Below, piece by piece: positions 11,106 through 21,478 of a stretch of DNA of 64,000 nucleotides. The position numbers and the translations under genes are program-made. Under the pieces are notes generated by a model, which saw only the letters and a program-made list of their open reading frames with translations, did not search any database and was not told the origin of the DNA. How positions within the stretch are numbered: position 1 is the stretch's first letter; each line of letters opens with the position of its first letter. Origin of the DNA: a virus; IMG/VR virus record IMGVR_UViG_3300021378_000014, positions 1-64,000 of that record. One strand, 5' to 3'.

Positions 11106-14100
11106 ATGGCAAGTACTTGTAAATATATAGCTCCTAATGGGGAACCTAGTAAATTGTATGATGGACTAGTTAAGAAATATGGTGCTGAAACTGCGTTAAA
11201 AACTTGGTTAAACGTAACCGTTAACTTTCCCAGTAATAGAGAATACTCTAGAGATACTAATGGAGAAATAACTATTAAAGAAGTAATAAAACAAGGTTTA
11301 GTAATACCATCCTTTTCTATTACTGGGAAAGATGAAAAGCTTAATTATCATACAAATAAAGCTAATGAACTAAAGTCTGTTTTTGCTGCATCTGGTATTA
11401 ATGTAGAAGTTGTAGTTGATTTAAATGCAAAACAAGCCGGAGCGTTTCTGGCTGTTGATGGTAAACCTACTATAACTATAAATCCTAATTTAGCTAAAGA
11501 TGATACTGTTTTTCACGAGTTTGGTCATATTTATGTTGACTTACTAGGAATGGACGATCCTTTAATTCAAAAAGGTATTGAACAATTAAAGTACACGGAG
11601 CTTTGGAATAAAGTTGCTACTTTATATCCTGATTTAAGTGAAGTTGCTTTAGCAAAAGAAGTATTAACCACTGCTATTGGTATTGAAGCGTCTAAACTTA
11701 AAGGTGTAGATCAATCTAGGTGGACATTATGGATTAATAGTTTATTTAGAAAAATAAGTGAATTACTTGGTATTGAAATTTTTGCAGCTAAACTATTAGC
11801 TCGACAACTTATTACTGGTAATCTTGGTGATAATCTTAATGGTAAATATGAACTTCATGTTCAGTATCAAAAAGATTTAGATTTAGTAAATGATAAATTT
11901 CTTGATAAATTTCAAGTAGTAGAAAAAGCTTTAGGTGTTATTAAGAAAAAGATTTCTACGTTTTATCGTAATATTAAACAAGAAGAAAGAGAGAAAGATA
12001 CTAACTATGTAGCTTTAAAAGAGCTTGAAGAAGCTTTAGTTGAACATACTAATACTGATGTAGAACTAGGTATTGTTGCTTTTATTTCTCAAGCGTTACT
12101 ACAAACTGGTAAGCTTGAACAACGGATTGATCGAATTATTAATCCTACTGTTGAAGATAAAGCTAACGGTAAAGATAAAATTACAGCAGCTGATTTACGT
12201 AAGCTGATGAAATATAATAGTACTTTTGCTTTAGCTAATGATTTAATTGATTTAACTACAACAGATCAAGAATTAAAACAAGCATTAATAGATGCAGGAG
12301 TATATACACATTTGTTACTTATTCAGCAACGACACGATAAAGTTAAAAATAGCGCAACTCGTGTAGCTATTACATTAATTAGTCAAAAGTTTGCAGGTAA
12401 AGGTAATGCTAAAGTTACAGCTATTCGTAGGCAAGAATTAGAACAAGAATATGATTCTCTTCATCGTGAAGAACGTAAAGCTGCTAGACAAAAAGATAGA
12501 AAGTTATTTAGCGATAAAGAAAAACAAGAGTACAGTCAAAAACGTAAGCGTTGGATTGATAGTATGATTGGTATGGAAACTAGCGCTATAGCTTTAAAAA
12601 CTGTTGAACGTTTTAAATATATACTTCAACAAACTAATCAAGATATTGCTTGGACAGATCGTATGTTTATTGACGGTGATGCTATAAACGATGAAATTAT
12701 TCAAGTAGTTATGGAATTATTAGACGCTGCTGATTTTAAAACAATGACAGCTACTAATAAAGAATATGACAAATTGAATGAATTATTTGAACGTTATAGT
12801 AAAGCGCATACTAGTGGAACTCAAACTATAAAATATGATCCATTAATTGAAAATGAAGTTGAACTACGTGATGGTAAATTAGTAGAAACTGGACGTAAAA
12901 CTAAGTATATGGTTAGTGAATATTATAGTGCGTTTCTTGTAGCAAAAAATGCTGCATGGGATGCATATAATAGTGAAGCTAAACGTTATGGTGAAGATAG
13001 TGATCAAGCTCAACTAGCTTTACAAGAAGCTAAAGATTGGGCCAGAGCAAATGAAGTAATTATGCCTGATGGTAGTATATTACCAGTAGGTAAATGGCGT
13101 AATCCTCAGTTTAAAACTATAAGTCAAGATACTACTGTAACTAAAGAAATGTATGATTATTTAATTAATCGTATAGAAGAGGATGATCGTAATGTTCCTT
13201 ATTGGGCTAAACTTACTGATGAAGTTAATGGACATAAATGGTTTAAATTACCATCTGTTAAAAAGAAAGGACTTGAGCGTATTTATGAGAATGGTTTATT
13301 TGATACTATTAAAGATAACGTTAAAAATGTAATTTCACGTGATCGTGAAGATAGTACTGAATTTGGTGGAGATAATGTAGCAGAGTCAGTAAGCGGTATT
13401 GTAAATCGTACTATATCTGTATTAACAGATGAAGAAGGTAACGAAAAGCACGATATTCCTATCAACTTTAGATATGATATTGCAGAAGCTGATCAATCTT
13501 ACGATTTACCTAGTTTAATGCTTCTTAATTATAGTATGGTACGTAATTATGAAAATAAACAAGAACTACAAGCTGATATTGAACTTACTCGTGAATTAGT
13601 AAAGGAACGTAAAGTTGTAAAACAATCAGCTGGATTTCTTAAAGGAGCGTTAACTAAAATTGATGTATTACTAGATACAGGTTTAACTAACTCTAAACCA
13701 ATTACTACTGAAGGTATTGATAGTAATAGCTATAAAGCTCTTGAATCTATAATCGAAGATCGTTTATACGGACTTGCTAGTAGAAGTAGTGTAAGAGCAA
13801 ATAAGATAGCAAGTAAACTAGCTACGTATACAGGTAGTGTATTACTTATTGGTAACTATTTAAGTAGTGGGGCTAACTTAACTGCTGGTATTACTTTTAA
13901 TTGGATGGGTAGACTGGGCGGTACGTATTATACTGCTAACGATATTACTCAAGCTAGTATTAAATACGGAGCTGATTTAGTAGGTATAGTAAACGACTTT
14001 GGTAAAATTAGATATTCAAGTAAAACTAATCTATTAATGGAAAAGTTTAATGCTTTATCTGATTGGAGTGCTGTTGCTAAGAAATTTTCAGATGATAATA

Positions 14101-15161
14101 GATTTAAACAACTAGCTAAGACTCATAGTCTTCACGCTATGAATGCTTTGGCCGAACATAGTATACAAAATGTATTGATGTACGCTATATTAAATAATAC
14201 TAAAGTCATGGATAGTCAAGGTAATTACTTAACTAAAGATGGCACTACTACAGTTTTAGCTGAAGCTATGTCATTAGATGAAGCTTACAGTGTAATTGAT
14301 GGTAAATTAGTATTAGACGAACGAGTTAGTAAAAATACTAAATTTGACGTAGGTGTTGGAGAAGATATGGAATTTGCAATGAGTCGTATGATACGTGACC
14401 TTAATGCTTATCTTCAAGGCCAATATAGTGATCAAAAAAGAAGTGAAATACAGAGATATTGGTATGGTAAACTGATAATGTTACTACGTAAATGGTTACC
14501 TAGAGGTTTAAAATATAGATGGGCTGGTATTGGTAAAGTTGGTATTGGAAAAGATCAGTTAGGTCCAGATGATATATTTTATAGCCGAGCATTAGGTACT
14601 ATAACTGAAGGTTATTATACTACTTCTTTAAGATTTTTACACGGTATTTATCTTGATCTTAAAGCGTTAAAAGCACAAGTTATTATGGAAGAATCTCGTA
14701 GGAATATACGAGCTTTAACTAGAGAACGATGGGAAGGATTAACTGATAATGAGCAGGGTAATGTACAGAAGACAATACGAGAAGCTGCTACTATTGTTAT
14801 ACTTACTCTAGCTGCTACAGCATTAAAAGAAGCTGGAGATGAAGATGATAAACGTGAAAAGTTTTATTATCTTGCTTCATTTTATGCTATTAGACTTCAA
14901 AAGGAAATGTTAACTTATATTAATCCTTCTGAATTTACTAATACTTTACGTAGCCCTAGCGCATCTTTAATTATGATTGATCGGATTACTCACGCTATAA
15001 GTCAATTAGTGTCTAATCCTACTGAAGTATACGCTACTGGACGAAGAAAAGGTACTTTAAAGGTTGCTAAGGATTTTGAAGATTTAGTTCCTATCTTAAA
15101 ACATATTGATCGTGATGTTGATGAAGCATTAGGATTCTTATTAGCTAAGAAGGTGAGGTAG
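11106..15161 (+). CDS. Large virion/ejection protein with N-terminal zincin-like domain
   Basis: 1351 aa; HEFGH at 11514-11528 plus a downstream KEVL; mostly helical; adjacent to the vRNAP like other crAss injected proteins. Confidence 0.75.
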   Translation: MASTCKYIAPNGEPSKLYDGLVKKYGAETALKTWLNVTVNFPSNREYSRDTNGEITIKEVIKQGLVIPSFSITGKDEKLNYHTNKANELKSVFAASGINVEVVVDLNAKQAGAFLAVDGKPTITINPNLAKDDTVFHEFGHIYVDLLGMDDPLIQKGIEQLKYTELWNKVATLYPDLSEVALAKEVLTTAIGIEASKLKGVDQSRWTLWINSLFRKISELLGIEIFAAKLLARQLITGNLGDNLNGKYELHVQYQKDLDLVNDKFLDKFQVVEKALGVIKKKISTFYRNIKQEEREKDTNYVALKELEEALVEHTNTDVELGIVAFISQALLQTGKLEQRIDRIINPTVEDKANGKDKITAADLRKLMKYNSTFALANDLIDLTTTDQELKQALIDAGVYTHLLLIQQRHDKVKNSATRVAITLISQKFAGKGNAKVTAIRRQELEQEYDSLHREERKAARQKDRKLFSDKEKQEYSQKRKRWIDSMIGMETSAIALKTVERFKYILQQTNQDIAWTDRMFIDGDAINDEIIQVVMELLDAADFKTMTATNKEYDKLNELFERYSKAHTSGTQTIKYDPLIENEVELRDGKLVETGRKTKYMVSEYYSAFLVAKNAAWDAYNSEAKRYGEDSDQAQLALQEAKDWARANEVIMPDGSILPVGKWRNPQFKTISQDTTVTKEMYDYLINRIEEDDRNVPYWAKLTDEVNGHKWFKLPSVKKKGLERIYENGLFDTIKDNVKNVISRDREDSTEFGGDNVAESVSGIVNRTISVLTDEEGNEKHDIPINFRYDIAEADQSYDLPSLMLLNYSMVRNYENKQELQADIELTRELVKERKVVKQSAGFLKGALTKIDVLLDTGLTNSKPITTEGIDSNSYKALESIIEDRLYGLASRSSVRANKIASKLATYTGSVLLIGNYLSSGANLTAGITFNWMGRLGGTYYTANDITQASIKYGADLVGIVNDFGKIRYSSKTNLLMEKFNALSDWSAVAKKFSDDNRFKQLAKTHSLHAMNALAEHSIQNVLMYAILNNTKVMDSQGNYLTKDGTTTVLAEAMSLDEAYSVIDGKLVLDERVSKNTKFDVGVGEDMEFAMSRMIRDLNAYLQGQYSDQKRSEIQRYWYGKLIMLLRKWLPRGLKYRWAGIGKVGIGKDQLGPDDIFYSRALGTITEGYYTTSLRFLHGIYLDLKALKAQVIMEESRRNIRALTRERWEGLTDNEQGNVQKTIREAATIVILTLAATALKEAGDEDDKREKFYYLASFYAIRLQKEMLTYINPSEFTNTLRSPSASLIMIDRITHAISQLVSNPTEVYATGRRKGTLKVAKDFEDLVPILKHIDRDVDEALGFLLAKKVR

Positions 15162-15211
15162 TCTTGACCTTAGAAATAAAACCCCTAGTAGGGGAAATTA
15201 TGGTAAAATAG

Positions 15212-15253
15212 AAAAGGCCGCTTACTGGATTGCTCCGGTAGCGGCCTTTTTTT
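15212..15253. terminator. Bidirectional intrinsic terminator between the convergent late and replication blocks
   Basis: AAAA-GGCCGCTTACTGGA-TTGC-TCCGGTAGCGGCC-TTTTTTT. Confidence 0.85.
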
Positions 15254-15361
15254 ATTATGACTTTCAACCAGGTGCAATATACAGCCGTTTTAAGCGACTT
15301 TATTACCTGGGTGATACTAGTCATTGACTTTCAATAAATATTGACTTAAATCAAACGTGTA

Positions 15362-16072
15362 CTAATCGACTTTCGACTTCCGATCTAATACTTGACTAAA
15401 ATTAGCAGGAATATAATCAATACATTTAAGTATTTTATCATCTTCAGTTCGCTTAACAATAGCAATTTTTTTACCATCAAGGTCTACCCATTCGAGATAA
15501 ACTTCTACATCATTGTCATCATAATAAGTAAGAGTATTAGCAACTTGTTCTTCGGTAAAACAAGCTTTACTCATATTACTATTATGAACAATAGTAAAAG
15601 CTTGAGGAAAAACACTTTCCATATTAGTACTAATGATTGTACCATCACATACATACCGAAGATCACAAAGAGCGTCTAGCGTATCTTTTTCATTGTATTC
15701 AATAGTGACACGACTATTCTTTTTATACTCTTTAATGAAATCTTGACAATTACTTGCCATTGCATCATAAGATGCACGACCCATTGCAACAGCTAATTCA
15801 GCTAATTCTTCAAAAATCAAATTAATACGGAGAGTTGTAATTTTATCACTAGGGTAATCTTCACCAAGTGAATGTCCAAATGCCGTATGAAATTGCTTAA
15901 CGCTACCTACTGTATCAAGAGTATCAATTACATCCATTGCTTCCGTTAAACGTGCTACAAAATGATCACGTTCTTTTTCAAGTTGTTGTACAGTTTTATT
16001 GAGTGCTTCGACTTGCACATCAACAGCAATACCACTACTTTGATTGCGAATACTACCAGATAATTTACCCAT
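15362..16072 (-). CDS. MazG/PRA-PH-like nucleotide pyrophosphohydrolase
   Basis: FHTAFG, LIFEELAEL, DALCDLRYV and VHNSNMSK motifs. Confidence 0.85.
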   Translation of the reverse strand: MGKLSGSIRNQSSGIAVDVQVEALNKTVQQLEKERDHFVARLTEAMDVIDTLDTVGSVKQFHTAFGHSLGEDYPSDKITTLRINLIFEELAELAVAMGRASYDAMASNCQDFIKEYKKNSRVTIEYNEKDTLDALCDLRYVCDGTIISTNMESVFPQAFTIVHNSNMSKACFTEEQVANTLTYYDDNDVEVYLEWVDLDGKKIAIVKRTEDDKILKCIDYIPANFSQVLDRKSKVD

Positions 16073-16119
16073 GCTAGTTTTGTATTTGTATCTTACCCAT
16101 TCTCTATTATTGGGAAAGA

Positions 16120-16425
16120 TCAGTTGTTAAATAATGCTCTATTACTTTCCATAAGAGAAGTTGGTTCAGCTTTTCGATAACCGTAAGTAATATCAATATT
16201 ACTATTTCTACCTAAAGCAAAACCTGTAACATAACCTCGTTTATACGTATTTTGAACATCAGTTTCATCATACAGAAAACGTTCTTTTCTTGTTTGATAC
16301 GCAGTATCTTTAATACGTATTGTATTATGTAAAGACATGATAGTATATAACTCAAACAAAGCTATTACTATTAACAGTATTATTACTAATTTATTCTTCT
16401 TCATCGGTTTTAATTTTATTTTCAT
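16120..16425 (-). CDS. Hypothetical protein with N-terminal TM anchor
   Basis: KK-LVIILLIVIALF hydrophobic stretch; lies in the operon. Confidence 0.65.
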   Translation of the reverse strand: MKIKLKPMKKNKLVIILLIVIALFELYTIMSLHNTIRIKDTAYQTRKERFLYDETDVQNTYKRGYVTGFALGRNSNIDITYGYRKAEPTSLMESNRALFNN

Positions 16426-16687
16426 TTAAACAATCTTGTTTATTTTTTAGTTGAATAGCTTTTATTTCATCAGATTTAAGTATTCCCCATGAACTACGAA
16501 AAGATTTAATATCTTGAATTGAATCTTCGTCAGTATATAAAGTAAAATCAAGCCCAGGATATTCTTTTTTAGCAATAGTAACAGCTTCAGTTGGATCAGT
16601 TTTTGTTAAAATAACAACATAATAATGATCCATATTAGTATTACGTACTTTAGTTTCAGGTTTAAATAATAGTAATGTTATGTGCAT
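16391..16687 (-). CDS. Hypothetical protein
   Basis: ORF in a tightly packed - strand operon. Confidence 0.6.
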   Translation of the reverse strand: MHITLLLFKPETKVRNTNMDHYYVVILTKTDPTEAVTIAKKEYPGLDFTLYTDEDSIQDIKSFRSSWGILKSDEIKAIQLKNKQDCLNENKIKTDEEE

Positions 16688-16718
16688 AATTATTTTAATT
16701 TATTAAAATTAATTAAAG

Positions 16719-17621
16719 TTACAAAACTTTCCCAGTAATAGAAATACGCTCCCTCTCAAGAATCATTCGTAGTTCTGTAATTAAATTATCAATAGTACTA
16801 TTATTTTCAATAACATAATTCCAATCATTATAATTATCTAATTCAAGTTCAGATATATGATTAGGTATAGTATCTTCTTTTACTGTTCTATTTACTCTAA
16901 TAAGTAAACCATTGTGTTTAATAGCTTCTACTTCATTAAGAAATCGAACATCAGTAATAATCCAATTAGGAAAACCTAATGATTTATAACTAGGGCGAGG
17001 ATCATGAAACATACCGATACCCCCAGATATAAACTTTTCTTTGTATTTATTCATTAAAGCATTTACCCATATATTAGGATGTATGATATTTCTACCTGCT
17101 TCTGTACCTATAAGTTGCATTAAAAGTCTAGGTGTAAGTATTCTTGTTTGTATACCAACACCTTCTGCATCTTTTCCCCATAAATAGGTATCGCTTAACT
17201 TAGGAAAATTATAAGTCATAGCTTCCTCTTTACTACTAAAATAAGGACTAATTCTACCATCACTATTATTAGTAATAAGTTTATAATGGGTATAATACCA
17301 CACTATCCATTCTTTTCCAATGGGTGTTTCTTTAAATCTACTATCTTCTAAATCTTCGCGAGTGCAATCAATTAACAAACAAACTATATCTTTAAGTTTA
17401 TCTGCAAATTTTTTAATTACAAAACTAGAATTTCCATACCTAGCTCCAACGCCAAATAATAACCAATCTTCATATCCAGCTTTTGTATACGCTGCTACAC
17501 CAAAATCTACTTCCCAAGTGGGTTGTGTTTTAAGTATATCTTGTTGTACAAGAATATACTGAATAATATTACCAATAGTATCTTTACCACTGCCGGCTTT
17601 ACCGCTTATTCCAATTATCAT
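16719..17621 (-). CDS. Deoxynucleoside monophosphate kinase (T4 gp1-like)
   Basis: IIGISGKAGSGKDT P-loop, FADKLK, TPRLLMQLIGTE, ITDVRFLNE, HISELELD. Confidence 0.9.
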   Translation of the reverse strand: MIIGISGKAGSGKDTIGNIIQYILVQQDILKTQPTWEVDFGVAAYTKAGYEDWLLFGVGARYGNSSFVIKKFADKLKDIVCLLIDCTREDLEDSRFKETPIGKEWIVWYYTHYKLITNNSDGRISPYFSSKEEAMTYNFPKLSDTYLWGKDAEGVGIQTRILTPRLLMQLIGTEAGRNIIHPNIWVNALMNKYKEKFISGGIGMFHDPRPSYKSLGFPNWIITDVRFLNEVEAIKHNGLLIRVNRTVKEDTIPNHISELELDNYNDWNYVIENNSTIDNLITELRMILERERISITGKVL

Positions 17622-17635
17622 AGTTTTATTATTTA

Positions 17636-17824
17636 TTAATCAAATAAATCATTTAACTTTTTATTCTGTTTTTTGATTTTTTTTAATTCTTTTGGAATTT
17701 CTGTAGAATCTCCATCAAGTATTTCTTTAGCTTGTTTAATATCTTTACCTGTAATTTTAGTTTTACGGTTATTCCAGATATTAGCTAATTCTTGTTCTTC
17801 TTTAGGTGTAAGTTTTTTACCCAT
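17636..17824 (-). CDS. Small basic hypothetical protein
   Basis: ORF with AT-rich leader. Confidence 0.6.
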   Translation of the reverse strand: MGKKLTPKEEQELANIWNNRKTKITGKDIKQAKEILDGDSTEIPKELKKIKKQNKKLNDLFD

Positions 17825-17845
17825 TAGTTATTTAATTTTAAGTAT

Positions 17846-17877
17846 AAAAAAACCTACTACCGTTTCCAGTAGTAGGT
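17846..17877 (-). terminator. Intrinsic terminator
   Basis: Minus strand ACCTACTACTG-GAAA-CGGTAGTAGGT followed by a T run. Confidence 0.8.
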
Positions 17878-17902
17878 CTAACATAATTCACACAACCCAA
17901 TT

Positions 17903-18382
17903 CTAATCTACAAAGTAATAAAGAGTTACAGATTTTCCATCTTCTTTAACATCTTTAACTTTTTTTGTAGATACATTAGTAATTGTAACTAATTCGGATT
18001 CATACAAATAAGCAGTAACATTCGATTCAATAAGATTATCGTATGTATCTAAACGTGATCTAACTTCTTTAAGAGTATCACGTAATTCAAGATTGGCTTT
18101 TTGCCATTTACTTATTTCATCACTTTCAGCAACACTAGCTATTTTTAGTGTATTTAGTTCTCGCCTTGTTTCAGAATAATCAGATTCAAGTTGACTTAAC
18201 TCTGCAAGTAACTTATCACGATTTTCAATTAAAGCATCTACAGAAACACTATTTGTATCAGCTACATCACTATCATTTTCTTTTACAGTATTACTAAATA
18301 CTGGAAACATAGCGTGAATAATAGCTCCTAATAGAATAAGTAGCATACTAGCTACAATATAAAAAATAGTTGAAGACATCAT
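17903..18382 (-). CDS. Membrane-anchored coiled-coil protein
   Basis: N-terminal TM helix, then a heptad-rich region. Confidence 0.7.
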   Translation of the reverse strand: MMSSTIFYIVASMLLILLGAIIHAMFPVFSNTVKENDSDVADTNSVSVDALIENRDKLLAELSQLESDYSETRRELNTLKIASVAESDEISKWQKANLELRDTLKEVRSRLDTYDNLIESNVTAYLYESELVTITNVSTKKVKDVKEDGKSVTLYYFVD

Positions 18383-18415
18383 AATAGTTAAATTATCATT
18401 AAATTAAGAAATAAA

Positions 18416-19060
18416 TTAAGAAAGTCGAATATAACCTTTTTCAGTATCTAGTTCTGCACCCGGTACTATAACGTTAGCTTTAAGTGCGGTATTAACGCGT
18501 TTATCATCAATTACCGCAGTAGGTTCAAATATATCTCCAAATGCTTTTGTACGATTAAGTACATCACAAATATATTCAGCGGTATGTTCAGGTAAATTAG
18601 TAAAATCTACTTCGATACGGTAAGTTTTATAATCATCTGGTACTTGCTTTTCATCTGTAATAACTGTAGGAAATTGTCGAATATATGTAACGTTAAGTAA
18701 AGGTGTTTCTAACTTTAAATTAGGTTTAATACTATCGTTAGTACCTTTAGTTTCATTTCCATACATTAATACAGCATCAGTAATACGTTGTTTAAGATAA
18801 GCAATATTAGCAGCTTTACGCTTTGCTAATTGTTGTAATCTTTTCATTTCGAGTTTAAGTACTGATTCTTGCGCTTTAAGTTGCTCTATCACTAAATAGT
18901 AATTACGAAGTTTATCGTTAACTTCATCTCTATTTACAGATAAACGTTCAAGAAATTCTTCAGGTACTTCATCAGTATCAGGATTATCGTAAAACCATTG
19001 TTCAAGTAACGCTAGTTCTTGTACGTATTCACTTTGAATTGTAAACAGTGATTTATCCAT
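18416..19060 (-). CDS. Siphovirus Gp157-like protein
   Basis: SLFTIQSEY start, coiled coil with EMKRLQ...YLK, VPDDYK, and VIVPGAEL...YIRLS end. Confidence 0.75.
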   Translation of the reverse strand: MDKSLFTIQSEYVQELALLEQWFYDNPDTDEVPEEFLERLSVNRDEVNDKLRNYYLVIEQLKAQESVLKLEMKRLQQLAKRKAANIAYLKQRITDAVLMYGNETKGTNDSIKPNLKLETPLLNVTYIRQFPTVITDEKQVPDDYKTYRIEVDFTNLPEHTAEYICDVLNRTKAFGDIFEPTAVIDDKRVNTALKANVIVPGAELDTEKGYIRLS

Positions 19061-19203
19061 TATATTATTTTTTAGGTTTAGTAAGTTTTACGCCTCTAGC
19101 GCAAATACAAGTTATTTTAGTACTATAACACACAAGACAATGTGTTTTTTTAAGTGCTGCCATTTCCTTATGATAAGAAAAATTGGCAGCACTTGATTCA
19201 ACT

Positions 19204-19779
19204 TTAATTTCTTGCGTATTCTTTTCGTAATTTTTTGGCATCGATAGTTGCAGGTTTACTTGAATAATCTCCAGTACGAATAGTACAATTTTCTTTGCCA
19301 AACCAATCAATTACATAGATAGCAGCTTGTACAGCGTCTTTAACAAACTTTTTATACATTTTTGCATAAAGAACGTCTGTTAATTGATCAATACGTGCTC
19401 CAAAATCTTTGTTACGTTTAACGTACCAACTTTCTTTATCTTCATTCCTTATAGCTTCAATAAGTCGAAGTTTTTTCCAGGTAAAAGAGGGAATAAAAGT
19501 AAAAGCTATAAGTCCGTCATTATTATAGGCAGTATATACATCCATATACGAAGTATGAATTAAACGTACAGCGACTTGTTCACTAACGTTTTGATTATAT
19601 AGTTCCATAGATTCGTAATTACTTCGTACTGTACTAGTATTAGGTAATGCTTTCTTAACGTTAGCTAATAAATGTGGTAATACATATCCATTATAATGAG
19701 CTGGGCTGACGTTGCTGTAAGCTTCAGTATAATACGTAACAGCAGGTAATCCATCTCGATCGGCAAATTGAATATTCAT
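19204..19779 (-). CDS. Hypothetical protein
   Basis: 191-aa ORF coupled to the upstream gene. Confidence 0.7.
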   Translation of the reverse strand: MNIQFADRDGLPAVTYYTEAYSNVSPAHYNGYVLPHLLANVKKALPNTSTVRSNYESMELYNQNVSEQVAVRLIHTSYMDVYTAYNNDGLIAFTFIPSFTWKKLRLIEAIRNEDKESWYVKRNKDFGARIDQLTDVLYAKMYKKFVKDAVQAAIYVIDWFGKENCTIRTGDYSSKPATIDAKKLRKEYARN

Positions 19780-20069
19780 TACTGTGATTTTAGTTGTGAA
19801 ATTAAATTTAGTATATTTTTATAAGCTTTACGAATTAAAGCTTCAAGTTCAATTACAGTAGTAGCTGGTTTAGCAGCTTCAGATAAATATTTACGAGTAG
19901 CTTGTTCAATATTATTAAAATACCAAACATTTCTACTGGTAATTACTTTTTTATCTTCTCCGGGAGTTTCTTTAACCCAAATTAGTACCCAATTATCAGT
20001 GTCACTACGTAAATAGTATTCATCGTCTAATTGGATACTTCCTTGTGTTAATGTTTCTTTCATTGTCAT
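19779..20069 (-). CDS. Hypothetical protein
   Basis: 96-aa ORF in the operon. Confidence 0.7.
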   Translation of the reverse strand: MTMKETLTQGSIQLDDEYYLRSDTDNWVLIWVKETPGEDKKVITSRNVWYFNNIEQATRKYLSEAAKPATTVIELEALIRKAYKNILNLISQLKSQ

Positions 20070-20070
20070 A

Positions 20071-20826
20071 TTACTGAATTAAATTAAGCGCTTTGTTAAT
20101 TTTTACAATTACCGCAGCTTTAGTAGCTTCAGTGCGTGCAGCTATATATTTAAAGTCACCTCTAAGTAATGCTGCTTCAAACTTACGTTTTTTAGTCAAA
20201 CCGGTATAAGGTTTAGGTCTGCACTTTTTACAATTCCTGCTGCAAGTATCACTATGTTTACGAGCTTTATTAAAACTCAAAATTTGTATTGCAGCTTTAT
20301 TGTAATCACTTCTTTTAAGAGAAGTGTCTAATTTACTACTTTCTAAATTACCACTACCTACATTGTAAACAAATAAAGTAATAGCCCATCTAGCTTCAAT
20401 AGTAATGTTAGGATAACGTTTCCCTACGTAATTCCAGTCTTTATTAAAGTCTTGCTTAAATAACTCATCGGCTTGAGCTACAGTAAGTGTACCAAAACTT
20501 TCTCCTTCTTTAATCCAGTGTCCCCAACCAATCGTACGACGATTAGCAACACAACGATATTCTTTAAGTCTTAAACCTTCACTAGCTTTAAGAAACCAAA
20601 TACAACTCTCATATAAATTAATAGTAGGTTGAATTTCTTTTTTCTCTTCAATTAGTTCTGGTAAAGTAATAATACTCATCTCTTGAGCTTTTTCAATTAA
20701 AGGGTAATCTATTTTAATTCTCGTACTTTTTATTTGGTACGGAATTGCTAACATTAACAATGCAATTACTGTTAATACTATTAGGTGTTTGTTTATCCCT
20801 TTTCGCGTTTCGTGGATAATTATCAT
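20071..20826 (-). CDS. GH24 lysozyme with N-terminal membrane anchor (SAR-type endolysin candidate)
   Basis: SEGLRLKEYRCVANRRTIGWGH gives an E-8aa-C-5aa-T triad; FVYNVG; GLTKKRKFE; N-terminal hydrophobic helix. Confidence 0.85.
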   Translation of the reverse strand: MIIIHETRKGINKHLIVLTVIALLMLAIPYQIKSTRIKIDYPLIEKAQEMSIITLPELIEEKKEIQPTINLYESCIWFLKASEGLRLKEYRCVANRRTIGWGHWIKEGESFGTLTVAQADELFKQDFNKDWNYVGKRYPNITIEARWAITLFVYNVGSGNLESSKLDTSLKRSDYNKAAIQILSFNKARKHSDTCSRNCKKCRPKPYTGLTKKRKFEAALLRGDFKYIAARTEATKAAVIVKINKALNLIQ

Positions 20827-20849
20827 GATTGTAGTTTTTAGTTACATAG

Positions 20850-21074
20850 TTAAATGTTTAAAATTTCATTTAGTTTAGTAGTTACAGAATTAAATACTTG
20901 TGTTGCTTCAGCTTCATTTACAATTTCATATTGAGCAGGAATACCACTCATGAAGTAAAATAATAAAGAAGTTGTACTGCAAACTAAGTATCCATTTAAA
21001 TATTGTTTCATGTACACTTCATCATGAAGTGTACTAGTTTTAGTCTTAATGTATTTAGGTAAATCTTTTGGCAT
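20850..21074 (-). CDS. Hypothetical protein
   Basis: ORF in the operon. Confidence 0.6.
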   Translation of the reverse strand: MPKDLPKYIKTKTSTLHDEVYMKQYLNGYLVCSTTSLLFYFMSGIPAQYEIVNEAEATQVFNSVTTKLNEILNI

Positions 21075-21085
21075 GGGTTTATACT

Positions 21086-21412
21086 TTAGTCTTTAATGGA
21101 TAAGTCTTTTAATAGTTGTTCGTATTTTTTTAAATTAACTTTTATAGTTACCATTACATTAGCATTTATAAAATCTAATCTAGCTTCATGTAATCTCATT
21201 ATATCTTCAGGAATAATAAGAGTACCAAGTAAATTTGCTAATTCGCGATCAGCTCCTGGTAAAAAAATTACTCTGTTAATAATACAAGGAGATATTTTAT
21301 CTGTACGTGAAATAATAGGCATATTAACAACATTAGATTCTTTTTCTTGTTTAATCCATTCGTCGTATTGCTTCATATCTTTACACACTATTAACGATAC
21401 TCTTTTTTGCAT
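21086..21412 (-). CDS. Hypothetical protein
   Basis: ORF downstream of a TACCTTTG box. Confidence 0.65.
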   Translation of the reverse strand: MQKRVSLIVCKDMKQYDEWIKQEKESNVVNMPIISRTDKISPCIINRVIFLPGADRELANLLGTLIIPEDIMRLHEARLDFINANVMVTIKVNLKKYEQLLKDLSIKD

Positions 21413-21470
21413 AATTTACTTATTTAATTTATTATTAATACCGGCTATAACGGAAAGTGCTTGAATTTCA

Positions 21471-21478
21471 CAAAGGTA
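21471..21478 (-). promoter_or_regulatory. Bacteroidota-type -7 promoter box (TAnnTTTG)
   Basis: Minus strand TACCTTTG in the intergenic gap, with TTG about 23 nt upstream. Confidence 0.5.
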
